Positions 8,983 through 17,579 of a stretch of 64,000 bases of DNA are shown here, in pieces. The translations under genes and the position numbers were made by a program. Each line of letters opens with the position of its first letter. The first letter of the stretch is position 1. Location: IMG/VR virus record IMGVR_UViG_3300042361_000498; one strand, given 5' to 3'. The notes below the pieces were generated by a model, which saw only the letters and a program-made list of their open reading frames with translations, did no database searches and was not told the DNA's origin. The DNA is from a virus (Duplodnaviria; Caudoviricetes).

Positions 8983-9312
8983 ATGTCAGAGGAAACAGAA
9001 AACTCAGGAGGAGGTTCATTAAAGAGTATTTTAATTGGACTTGCTAGCACAATCGCATTGGGAGTTGGTGGTTATGTAACCAAGCAACTAACAGGTGAAA
9101 AAGATGAACCGGCAGCAGCAACATCAGCACCAGCACCGGTAATTAACATTACTAACTCAAACCAACAATCACAGAGAGCAGCCGGAGGCGGTGGAACTAA
9201 AGTGATTGAGAGAGTAATAGAAAAACCAGCAGCTCAAACTCAACCAGCACCTGCTCCTAAACCAAAGAAAAAAGAAGGAGACGAGTTCAAAGAAGAAAAA
9301 CCTCAATGGTAA
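8983..9312 (+). CDS. Single-TM protein with Pro/Ala-rich linker
   Basis: TM ILIGLASTIALGVGGYV; PAAATSAPAP and PAAQTQPAPAPKPKK segments. Confidence 0.7.
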   Translation: MSEETENSGGGSLKSILIGLASTIALGVGGYVTKQLTGEKDEPAAATSAPAPVINITNSNQQSQRAAGGGGTKVIERVIEKPAAQTQPAPAPKPKKKEGDEFKEEKPQW

Positions 9313-9318
9313 TATAAT

Positions 9319-9654
9319 ATGGAGAATCAACAACCTGATGGATTTAAGCAACTCTTAAATCAAATGATGAAACGTAGGTGGTTAATTACATTAATTGTGT
9401 TAATTACTTTTATGTTTACTACATTTGGAATTATGATTTCTATTCATATAGATACGGCTGTTGGACAAGAATGGAAAGAATTATTACTTTTATTATTAGG
9501 GGCATTTATTGGTTCTTATGGTAAAATTATAGATTACTGGTTTTCTGATACTGATAAAGATAAGATGTTAGTTCAGAAAATGGATGAAGAAGATGGAGTA
9601 TCTCTTTCAAATACCGGTGGAGCAGCAGAATCATCGGAAGAAGAATTAGGTTAA
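9319..9654 (+). CDS. Two-TM membrane protein with EEELG tail
   Basis: Two hydrophobic helices; ends AAESSEEELG. Confidence 0.75.
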   Translation: MENQQPDGFKQLLNQMMKRRWLITLIVLITFMFTTFGIMISIHIDTAVGQEWKELLLLLLGAFIGSYGKIIDYWFSDTDKDKMLVQKMDEEDGVSLSNTGGAAESSEEELG

Positions 9655-9728
9655 ATTTTATAATAATAAGTTATACCCAAATACGTTTTAATAATTGGTT
9701 ATATAAAATAACAATTAAATAAAAGATT

Positions 9729-10016
9729 ATGGGATTTTTTAAAGAATTATTCAGCGATGATAACCAAATCAATGAGAAATCAGTAGTTGGATTCGCATCA
9801 TTCGCAGTAATGGTAATATGTATCGCTGTTGATTTAGTGACTGGATATTTGGGAAAAGAATTAGTGATTAACGAATATGTGTTTAACGCATTTCTAACAC
9901 TAACATTAGGTTCATTTGGTATCGGTTCAGTTGATAAGTTTATCAACAAAAAAGCAGAAAACGATAAAGCTAAAATTGAAGCAGATAGTTCAACCGATGA
10001 GGAAGAATTAGGATAG
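9729..10016 (+). CDS. Two-TM membrane protein with EEELG tail (holin-like topology)
   Basis: Two hydrophobic helices; ends DSSTDEEELG. Confidence 0.75.
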   Translation: MGFFKELFSDDNQINEKSVVGFASFAVMVICIAVDLVTGYLGKELVINEYVFNAFLTLTLGSFGIGSVDKFINKKAENDKAKIEADSSTDEEELG

Positions 10017-10017
10017 T

Positions 10018-10052
10018 AAAAAAGGGAGAAAGTTTTTTTCTCCCTTTTTTTT
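10018..10052. terminator. Bidirectional intrinsic terminator
   Basis: A6-GGGAGAAA-gtttt-TTTCTCCC-T8. Confidence 0.85.
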
Positions 10053-10061
10053 ATATTTATA
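10053..10061 (+). promoter_or_regulatory. ATATTTATA putative late promoter
   Basis: Immediately after the terminator, 23 nt before the ATG at 10085. Confidence 0.6.
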
Positions 10062-10084
10062 CATAAACAAAAACAAATTTATGT

Positions 10085-10804
10085 ATGAAAAAATTATTAG
10101 GATTATTAAGTTTATGTTTGTTAAGCAGTGTTGCAATAGGACAAACGGTAGGTAAAACTCAAACGGAAAACTATAAAGCATCGTTTGAAACCAAAGTAGA
10201 CATTAGTGAGTTAATGGATTATGATGGACCTACTATTCCAGTACAAATACTTAAATGTGGAATCAGCGATGAAATTTTGGAACAGTATCCGGAACTTAAA
10301 GAGAAGAAGGTGGGCTTGGGTGTTGCTAATATATCTATGGAATACCTTGAAAATCTCAATCGTTTTACTTTTACTGAAGATAAGACAGAGCTGAAAAACA
10401 GAATGGTGAAGCAATTCCAAGCTTCTCAATCGGGTATCACTCAAGACAAATTAGATGGTAGAGGTAAAATACGTTTAGCGCATTACTTTGTTACAATCGA
10501 AGTATATGATTTCTCCGTTTCCGAAGATGAGACAGTTAATCTAAAAGATGGAGTAAAGAATAAGATGGTTACTCGTCTGGGTTTGCAAGTTCGTTTTACT
10601 GATGCCGAAACTGGTGAAGTATTTGGAGCAAGTGGTTTAGGTGAAGCAACTACAACCAGAGAGTTATCTTTAATATCAGATGCAACAATTGATGATGTTA
10701 AATTTAACCAATCAACAATCGGAACATCTACAAAGAAAGCATTAGATATTGCTTGTAGTAGAATTCTTCTTCGTATGATTAAGAAGGGGAAGTTCCCAAA
10801 ATAA
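10085..10804 (+). CDS. CsgG/HfaB-family protein
   Basis: Signal peptide; LGVANISMEYLENLNRFTFTE...AHYFVTIEVYDFS...RLGLQVRFTDAETGEVFGASGLGEA follows the CsgG sheet/helix pattern. Confidence 0.7.
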   Translation: MKKLLGLLSLCLLSSVAIGQTVGKTQTENYKASFETKVDISELMDYDGPTIPVQILKCGISDEILEQYPELKEKKVGLGVANISMEYLENLNRFTFTEDKTELKNRMVKQFQASQSGITQDKLDGRGKIRLAHYFVTIEVYDFSVSEDETVNLKDGVKNKMVTRLGLQVRFTDAETGEVFGASGLGEATTTRELSLISDATIDDVKFNQSTIGTSTKKALDIACSRILLRMIKKGKFPK

Positions 10805-10810
10805 TTTATT

Positions 10811-11551
10811 ATGACAAAAAGAGAAGTAGTATATAATGCTAGTTTAGCAGTATTAGCTTATTCCCAAAAAGAACAAATTAAGTGGAGTGATTATGGGTTA
10901 GAGTTAGTGAAGTGGATTGAGAATAAAAAATCAGATACACAGGGTTTTGTAGCAACAAGAGATAAATCAATCTATGTTGTATGGAGAGGTAGTGAATCAA
11001 AGAAGGATTTCCAAAACGATGCTTCAATTGATAAAGTACCATTCTTAAACGAAGGTGAGAAAGTTCACATTGGATTTAAGAGTTGTTGGGAATCGGTAGT
11101 AGGTGATACCTATGATGCAATTGATATTGCATTAGAAAACCTACAAGGAGAAACTACGGATATTGTAGTTTGTGGACATAGTTTGGGTGGAGCAGTGGCA
11201 ACATTGTATGCACACTCAATTAAAAAACACTATCCACATTACAACATTAAATCCGTAACAATTGGAAGTCCAAGAGTTGGTAACAAAGTATTCAAAGATA
11301 ATTACGATTCGTATGAGATTGATACTTTGAGAGTAGTACATAATAATGATTTGGTAACACATACACCATACATTAGATTTTACCACGTAAACTATCAATT
11401 ACGATTGGATAATAATGGTAATGTATTAAAGAGAGATACATCATTAAACGCATTGTGGTTATACCTAAAAGCATTATTTTCAGGTAAAAATATCAAAGAC
11501 CATATGTGTGATGGATATATGACTGCATTACAAAACTGGGTAGCAAAATAG
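10811..11551 (+). CDS. Class 3 lipase (alpha/beta hydrolase)
   Basis: YVVWRGS, VHIGF, nucleophile elbow GHSLGGA, TIGSPRVGN, VHNNDLVTHTP, C-terminal DH. Confidence 0.92.
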   Translation: MTKREVVYNASLAVLAYSQKEQIKWSDYGLELVKWIENKKSDTQGFVATRDKSIYVVWRGSESKKDFQNDASIDKVPFLNEGEKVHIGFKSCWESVVGDTYDAIDIALENLQGETTDIVVCGHSLGGAVATLYAHSIKKHYPHYNIKSVTIGSPRVGNKVFKDNYDSYEIDTLRVVHNNDLVTHTPYIRFYHVNYQLRLDNNGNVLKRDTSLNALWLYLKALFSGKNIKDHMCDGYMTALQNWVAK

Positions 11552-11552
11552 T

Positions 11553-11861
11553 ATGTCAACAATAAGGGTTACATTATATGAAGATGAGGAAGTATTAGTG
11601 GAATGTGATTATCTTTTCAATAAAACTAAAATTGCTATGCATATAAGTTTTAATGAGGAAGTATGGTCACATTCTTTTTTTAAACGGATGATGGATATTT
11701 ATGAGGGTATTCTTCAAAACTTTAAGAATGAGGGTTATAACGAAATATACGGAGCACCCCCAAAAGGAAATATTAAAGCAAAGAAGTTAGCACAAATGTT
11801 TGGATTCAAAGATTGGTTTGAAAACAATGAGTTATACTTAATGAGAATGGAAATAAACTAA
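11553..11861 (+). CDS. Hypothetical protein, possible truncated GNAT-like fold
   Basis: GYNEIYG...GNIKAKKLAQMFGF recalls the GNAT N-x-x-A-x-x-L-x-x-x-x-GF motif. Confidence 0.4.
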   Translation: MSTIRVTLYEDEEVLVECDYLFNKTKIAMHISFNEEVWSHSFFKRMMDIYEGILQNFKNEGYNEIYGAPPKGNIKAKKLAQMFGFKDWFENNELYLMRMEIN

Positions 11862-11873
11862 ACAACTAAAATT

Positions 11874-12674
11874 ATGGGAAGCGCTGGAAAAGCAATCGAA
11901 AAGGCATTTGTAGATGCCGGAAATGCAATTAATGATAATGTTATTCAACCAATTGGAAATGCGGTGGTGGATGCGGGTAACGCAATTAATGATGCTGTTA
12001 TTCAACCAATGATTGGTGGTGTTAATACCGCAATTGGTAGTGTAGAAGATGCATACAACTATTCAGTAGCATTTGCTACCGATAGTGCACATAGAGTAGA
12101 AAGTGCAGCTTGTACTATTGCAAGTACTACCGAAGAATTTGCAAAGGTGGGGTTCGATGTGACTCAAAACGAATTTGTTCAATTATCTAAACAAGCTGAA
12201 CAACAAATCGTAGCGGGTGTTGAAATTGTGGCAGCAGGTGCGGTAGCTGCATACAATTGGGCAGATGCAAATGCTTGTACAATTGGAATAACTGCGGCAA
12301 TCTCTATGGGTTGTGTTGCAGCATTTACACCGGCTCAACCTGCTGGAGCAGCAACTTCAACCACATTGTCTTTAATGGCTACACCTGTTCTTTATACGGC
12401 AGATATGGCAGCTAAAATGGCAGTATCAACTGAAATGGGAAAAATAGTTGCTGATGGATTTTTATCAATACCCGGTGTTGGTGGAAATGTTGATACACAA
12501 TTATTAAGAAATGTATGCTCAAATTGTATCTATTATAGTTTAGATTCAGCTGCATTATGGGCAACGCCTGCTGGAGTTGGTATCGCAATCGGAGCTGCAG
12601 TAGCACCAGTTGTTGCATCTTTAGTATGTACTAGAACTTGCCCTAATGGATTTAGTAAAGCATTGGGTGCATAA
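11874..12674 (+). CDS. Ala/Gly/Cys-rich hydrophobic protein with N-terminal 19-aa repeat
   Basis: VDAGNAIND-VIQP repeated; long hydrophobic helices; several Cys (CSNC, CTRTC). Confidence 0.75.
   Translation: MGSAGKAIEKAFVDAGNAINDNVIQPIGNAVVDAGNAINDAVIQPMIGGVNTAIGSVEDAYNYSVAFATDSAHRVESAACTIASTTEEFAKVGFDVTQNEFVQLSKQAEQQIVAGVEIVAAGAVAAYNWADANACTIGITAAISMGCVAAFTPAQPAGAATSTTLSLMATPVLYTADMAAKMAVSTEMGKIVADGFLSIPGVGGNVDTQLLRNVCSNCIYYSLDSAALWATPAGVGIAIGAAVAPVVASLVCTRTCPNGFSKALGA
11910..12010 (+). repeat. Two-copy 57-nt-period coding repeat
   Basis: gt(a/g)gatgc-gg-aa-gcaattaatgat--tgttattcaaccaat at 11910 and 11967. Confidence 0.8.
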
Positions 12675-12681
12675 TACAAAC

Positions 12682-12696
12682 TTAACAATTTGTTAA
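12682..12696. promoter_or_regulatory. Dyad TTAACAA-n-TTGTTAA, possible operator
   Basis: Perfect 7-bp inverted repeat upstream of the TonB receptor. Confidence 0.4.
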
Positions 12697-12732
12697 TACT
12701 AAAAGTATAATTTTATTAAGGTAGTTTCCTAT

Positions 12733-12760
12733 ATATTGATGAAAATTAAAACATCAATAT
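12733..12760. promoter_or_regulatory. 9-bp inverted repeat overlapping the TonB receptor start codon
   Basis: ATATTGATG-n10-CATCAATAT; right arm includes AT of the ATG at 12759. Confidence 0.4.
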
Positions 12761-15242
12761 GAGGAAACTACTTTTATTATTAACGTTACTAATTCCTACA
12801 ATATCCTTTTCACAAACCTTATCGGGTAAAACAAAATCAAATAAAGAAGAACTCATTGGAGTTACAATTTGGCTAACTAACAAAGATACAAATAAAAAAG
12901 TTGGAAGTACATCTGATATTGAATCCAAATATCAATTCCAAAATGTAGTAGTTGGAAACTATTCAATTAAAGCATCATTTGTTGGATATAAAGAATACAC
13001 AAAAGATATTACAATTAATGGAGATACCAATTTAGATATCCTAATTGAAGAAGATACAAAGGTATTGCAAGAAGTTGTGGTAAAGCAAGTAGCAAAGAAA
13101 GAAACTGCAACTGCACTTATCAATACACTTAAAGCATCTTACATTGTAGCAGATGGTTTATCAATTGAATCAATAAAGAAAACACCAGATAGAACTGTTG
13201 GAGATGCACTTAAAAGAGTTAGTGGTGTAACAATCCAAAACGATAAGTTTGTTTTAGTTAGAGGTTTAGCTGATAGATACAACTTGGCTCTACTAAACAA
13301 ATCAATCCTACCATCAACCGAACCTGATAGAAGAGCATTCTCATTTGATATTATCCCAACATCACTAATAGATAATATCATCATCAACAAAGGAGCATCT
13401 GCAAACCTACCCGGTGATTTCGCAGGAGGTTTAGTACAAATAACAACAAAAGAAGTTAGTGGTGATTTCTTTAATATATCATTGGGGGGCAGTTGGGGTT
13501 CACTATCAACGGGACAGGATTTTAGGTTGGTAGACGCTATACAATTCCCAACATCATTTCCATCAACAAATGGATATAGAATTGCGGGATTAGGTGATAG
13601 AAGAGCATACACTAAACTAATAGGTTCTCCGCAAACCGAAACATCAACATCTATTCCAAACTTAAATGGTAACTTATCATTTGGTGTTGTTAAAAACAAA
13701 TGGAACATCTTATTCAGTTCAACTGCAAGAAACACATACTCTGCCAACACAACTAAAAGAATTGATTACCAATCATCAACTGAATTAGCATACAACTATA
13801 AAGACCAGAACTATTCAAATGTACAATCATTAAATGGATTATTAAATATAGTTTATTTAGGTGAGAATCGTTATAGTTGGAAAACACTTGCTAACTACCA
13901 AAACGAAAAATCATTTTTAAGTAGAGTTGGTGAGAACTACGATAATGTTCAGTATGTAGATAGTAAATCATCCAACTCAATTCAAAAGTTAGTATTCAAT
14001 ACACAATTCGAAGGTAAGTTTAAAACATTTGATTTTAATTTAGGATACAATCTTATGTTAAGAGACCAGCCCGATTATAGAGTAACACCTTACATATCAT
14101 CTTTATATACAACAACTCCTTACTCAATAGCATGGAGAGACACGTATCGTTTTTGGAGTGTAATGGATGAAAACTCATTCAATGGGGGATTGAACAAATC
14201 CATAGGAGATGTTCGTTTAGGAGTGGGTTACTTGAAGAAATTTAGAAACTTCAAAGCAAGAATATTCAGATACGAATCAACTGATTTATTAAATGAGATT
14301 ACAAACAATACTGATAGATATACTGCCGATTTTGATTTGGCAAATGCATATGTGATGTATGAAAAAGAAATTGATAAATTAAAAATAAACACAGGTTTTA
14401 GAACGGAATACAATTTATTTAAAGTTCAAACATCTGATTTTGGTGGACAACGGATTTCAGTAGATAGAGAGTATTTGGATTTACTACCATCATTAAACGC
14501 AACCTATTCTACATCGGAAAAAAAAAAGGTTAGATTATCCGTAAGTAAAACATTAGCAAGACCAGAGTTTAGAGAGGTAGCTAATTTTGCATATTATGAT
14601 TTTGTTAGAAACGCACAACTATTAGGAAATCCAAACTTACAAAAAACGGATATATTCAATTCAGATATAAAGTTTGAGTTGTATCCTAAATCAGGTGAGA
14701 ACATATCAATCGGTTTCTTTGGTAAAAAGTTCTTCAATCCAATTGAGCAAGTTGTAGCAGATGGTTCAGTTCCATCAAACCTTTTACTAACATATAAAAA
14801 CCCAAAAGAAGCATTGGTATATGGAGTTGAGATTGAACTTCGTAAGAAATTAAATGATTGGATAGATTTATATTCAAACACATCGTTTATCAATTCGGAA
14901 GTACAAATCGGTTCAGTAAAAAGACAATTGCAAGGACAATCAAACTATGTAGTAAATGGTGGATTGAACTTACATAAAAACAACAATACATTCAACATAT
15001 CATACAATAGAGTTGGAGATAGAATATCAGCAGTAGGATTTCAAGGATACCCTGATATATTTGAAAACTCTCGTGATGTAGTTGATATTGTTATTCTTCG
15101 TAAAATTAAAAACGGAGAAATTAAATTAGCAGTATCGGATATATTCAGACAACCATTTGAGTATTATCAAAAACCAAATAGAACTTTAATTAAAACAAAC
15201 AACGAAACAACAGTTTCACTAACACTAAATTACAACCTATGA
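12759..15242 (+). CDS. TonB-dependent receptor with N-terminal carboxypeptidase-regulatory-like domain
   Basis: Signal peptide; GNYSIKASFVGY; LQEVVV TonB-box region; plug DALKRVSGVT...VRGLADRYN...DIIP..LIDNIIINKG...FAGGLVQITTK; barrel ending VSLTLNYNL. Confidence 0.93.
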   Translation: MRKLLLLLTLLIPTISFSQTLSGKTKSNKEELIGVTIWLTNKDTNKKVGSTSDIESKYQFQNVVVGNYSIKASFVGYKEYTKDITINGDTNLDILIEEDTKVLQEVVVKQVAKKETATALINTLKASYIVADGLSIESIKKTPDRTVGDALKRVSGVTIQNDKFVLVRGLADRYNLALLNKSILPSTEPDRRAFSFDIIPTSLIDNIIINKGASANLPGDFAGGLVQITTKEVSGDFFNISLGGSWGSLSTGQDFRLVDAIQFPTSFPSTNGYRIAGLGDRRAYTKLIGSPQTETSTSIPNLNGNLSFGVVKNKWNILFSSTARNTYSANTTKRIDYQSSTELAYNYKDQNYSNVQSLNGLLNIVYLGENRYSWKTLANYQNEKSFLSRVGENYDNVQYVDSKSSNSIQKLVFNTQFEGKFKTFDFNLGYNLMLRDQPDYRVTPYISSLYTTTPYSIAWRDTYRFWSVMDENSFNGGLNKSIGDVRLGVGYLKKFRNFKARIFRYESTDLLNEITNNTDRYTADFDLANAYVMYEKEIDKLKINTGFRTEYNLFKVQTSDFGGQRISVDREYLDLLPSLNATYSTSEKKKVRLSVSKTLARPEFREVANFAYYDFVRNAQLLGNPNLQKTDIFNSDIKFELYPKSGENISIGFFGKKFFNPIEQVVADGSVPSNLLLTYKNPKEALVYGVEIELRKKLNDWIDLYSNTSFINSEVQIGSVKRQLQGQSNYVVNGGLNLHKNNNTFNISYNRVGDRISAVGFQGYPDIFENSRDVVDIVILRKIKNGEIKLAVSDIFRQPFEYYQKPNRTLIKTNNETTVSLTLNYNL

Positions 15243-16441
15243 AAAAATTATTAGTATTGTTCGCAAGTTTAACAATCTTTGGATGTTCTAAAGATTTGGG
15301 TGGAGAAGTTACACCAATCAATGTACCAACCTCAACAACTTTGAGTGGTAATATCACATCAACTACAACTCTTACATCGGATAAAGAGTGGGTATTAAAA
15401 GGATATGTTTATGTAACCGATGGTGCTAAAGTTATCATTCAACCTGGCACAATTATCAAATCTGATATAAGTGAGAAAGGTGCATTGTGTATTGAAAGAG
15501 GAGCACAAATTGTAGCAGAAGGTACTGCATCAAAACCAATCATATTTACATCTGGTAGACCCGCAGGAGAAAGAACTCCCGGTGATTGGGGTGGTATTGT
15601 AATATTGGGTAGAGCAAAAACCAATAGAACATCCGAACCAACTATCGAAGGTGGTATTGGTAGAGCATATGGTGGAACAAACGATTTAGATAATAGTGGT
15701 ATCTTAAAATATGTTCGTATTGAATACGCTGGTATTGCGGCAATGCCAAACTCTGAAATCAACGCATTAACATTGGGTGGTGTTGGTAGTGGAACAATCA
15801 TTGAGAATGTTCAAACTATCTACGCTAACGATGATGCATTTGAGTTCTTTGGTGGAACTGTAAATGCAAAAAACTTATACGCATATGGAACTGCGGATGA
15901 TGATTTTGATTTTGATTTTGGATATAGAGGTAAAGTATCTAATTCAGTTTCTAAAAGAGACCCACAATTTGTAGATAATGGTGATGCAGGAAATGGTGTA
16001 GAGTGTGATAATGATGGTACAGGTTCATCAGCAGAACCATTCACACATCCTATATTAGATGGTGTAATTTTAATTGGACCAAATGATGCAGCATCTTTAC
16101 CAAACCATAATTTAGCAATGAGATGGAGAAGAGCAACTCAATTTGAGGTTTACAATTCTACAATCATTGGATATATGAAAGGTGGGTTCTCAATGGAAAG
16201 TAACGAAACTGCACAATTCTACAAAGATGGTGTAAGTAAATTTCAGAACAACAAAATTGGTTCATTTAATTTATTAAACTTTATCAGTAAAGCAACTACT
16301 ATTATTACATCTGATGCGGTTAAAACAAAGGCGTTGAGTGAGGGTAATACTGAAATAACTTTAACTGCTAGTGAAATAGAAACTTTATCTAAACCAAATT
16401 GGACGAATGGTTGGACAAAATTCCCAACAAAAGGAAATTAA
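15239..16441 (+). CDS. Beta-helix lipoprotein, partner of the TonB receptor
   Basis: Lipobox IFG-C; GDWGGIVILGRA, DNSGILKYVRIEYAG, NDDAFEFFGG, ADDDFDFDFGY repeats; ATGA overlap with the receptor. Confidence 0.75.
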   Translation: MKKLLVLFASLTIFGCSKDLGGEVTPINVPTSTTLSGNITSTTTLTSDKEWVLKGYVYVTDGAKVIIQPGTIIKSDISEKGALCIERGAQIVAEGTASKPIIFTSGRPAGERTPGDWGGIVILGRAKTNRTSEPTIEGGIGRAYGGTNDLDNSGILKYVRIEYAGIAAMPNSEINALTLGGVGSGTIIENVQTIYANDDAFEFFGGTVNAKNLYAYGTADDDFDFDFGYRGKVSNSVSKRDPQFVDNGDAGNGVECDNDGTGSSAEPFTHPILDGVILIGPNDAASLPNHNLAMRWRRATQFEVYNSTIIGYMKGGFSMESNETAQFYKDGVSKFQNNKIGSFNLLNFISKATTIITSDAVKTKALSEGNTEITLTASEIETLSKPNWTNGWTKFPTKGN

Positions 16442-16481
16442 ATGATAACAATAATATAACAATAGAAAGAATATAATTGTG

Positions 16482-16490
16482 ATATTTATA
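16482..16490 (+). promoter_or_regulatory. ATATTTATA putative late promoter
   Basis: 20 nt before the ATG at 16511. Confidence 0.6.
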
Positions 16491-16510
16491 TATACAAACT
16501 AAACAAATAA

Positions 16511-17551
16511 ATGTCATCCTCAAAAACCCTGTTTATATTAAAAAGAAAACAAAACTATAATCTTTCAACCGATTATAGTATTGGTTTAAGTACCGGCCTG
16601 TACAATTCAGCTCAATTTATGAATCAAATGCTATTAGATGGCGGGTTTGATTCTCAAATGGTAGTTGTAAATGATAATAACGATATAGATAGAGAAGTAA
16701 CTCTACACAAACCAACCCACGTTATTATTGAAGCTCTTTGGGTTGTTCCATCTAAATTCGAAGTTCTTTGCAAATTACATCCAAACGTTAAATGGGTAAT
16801 TCGCTTACATAGCGAAATACCATTTTTAGCAAATGAAGGAATGGCAATGGATTGGATTGGGGAATATAGTAAATTTGATAATATTATTATTTCTTGCAAC
16901 TCACCACAAACTACCAAAGATATTGAGTTTTATATGAGTACAAAATTAGGTATTAAAAAACATATAGATTTTTTACCAAATTTTTATCCACAACAATACA
17001 AAACTAAATCATTCAATAAGAAAGGTGATACGATTCACATAGGATGTTTTGGTGCAATTAGACCTCTAAAAAATCATCTTATACAAGCATTTGCAGCAAT
17101 TAAGTTTGCAGATGAAATTGGTAAAAAATTACATTTCCATATCAATTGCGATAGAGTTGAACAAAAAGGAGAACCAATATTAAATAACTTAATAAGTATG
17201 TTCAATCATTTGGAACATAAAGGTCATAAGTTAGTTCATCATGAGTGGAGTGTTAGAGAGCAATTTATTCAATTATGTTCTACGATGGATATTGGAATTC
17301 AGATATCATTTAATGAAACTTTTAATATTGTAGGAGCTGATATAGTTTCACAAGGAGTTCCTTTGGTATCTTCACCTGAAATCCCTTGGGCTAATTCATT
17401 ATTTACTGCAAGACAAACTAATACTGATGATATTGTAGATTCACTATTATGTACTTACGCATATCCAAAAATAAATGTATTATTAAATCAAAGGGGTCTT
17501 GAAAAATATACAAATAAAACAAAACATATTTGGTTTAAGTTTTTCAAATGA
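16511..17551 (+). CDS. GT-B glycosyltransferase (GT4-like)
   Basis: IGCFGAIRPLKNHL...DIGIQISFNETFNIVGADIVSQGVPLV (variant of the E-x7-E motif). Confidence 0.75.
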   Translation: MSSSKTLFILKRKQNYNLSTDYSIGLSTGLYNSAQFMNQMLLDGGFDSQMVVVNDNNDIDREVTLHKPTHVIIEALWVVPSKFEVLCKLHPNVKWVIRLHSEIPFLANEGMAMDWIGEYSKFDNIIISCNSPQTTKDIEFYMSTKLGIKKHIDFLPNFYPQQYKTKSFNKKGDTIHIGCFGAIRPLKNHLIQAFAAIKFADEIGKKLHFHINCDRVEQKGEPILNNLISMFNHLEHKGHKLVHHEWSVREQFIQLCSTMDIGIQISFNETFNIVGADIVSQGVPLVSSPEIPWANSLFTARQTNTDDIVDSLLCTYAYPKINVLLNQRGLEKYTNKTKHIWFKFFK

Positions 17552-17559
17552 TATTTATA
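17551..17559 (+). promoter_or_regulatory. ATATTTATA putative late promoter
   Basis: 20 nt before the ATG at 17580, supporting 17580 rather than 17499 as the start. Confidence 0.55.
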
Positions 17560-17579
17560 GTTATAAAATAATTATAGCT

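Noticed and set aside
9729-10016. Firm holin call
   Set aside because: Two-TM topology fits, but there is no adjacent endolysin and it sits in the envelope cassette with a shared EEELG tail; left unassigned
17499-17579. Track starts at 17499, 20942 and 57675
   Set aside because: Downstream ATGs (17580, 20972, 57684) give a proper signal peptide, promoter spacing or ATGA coupling
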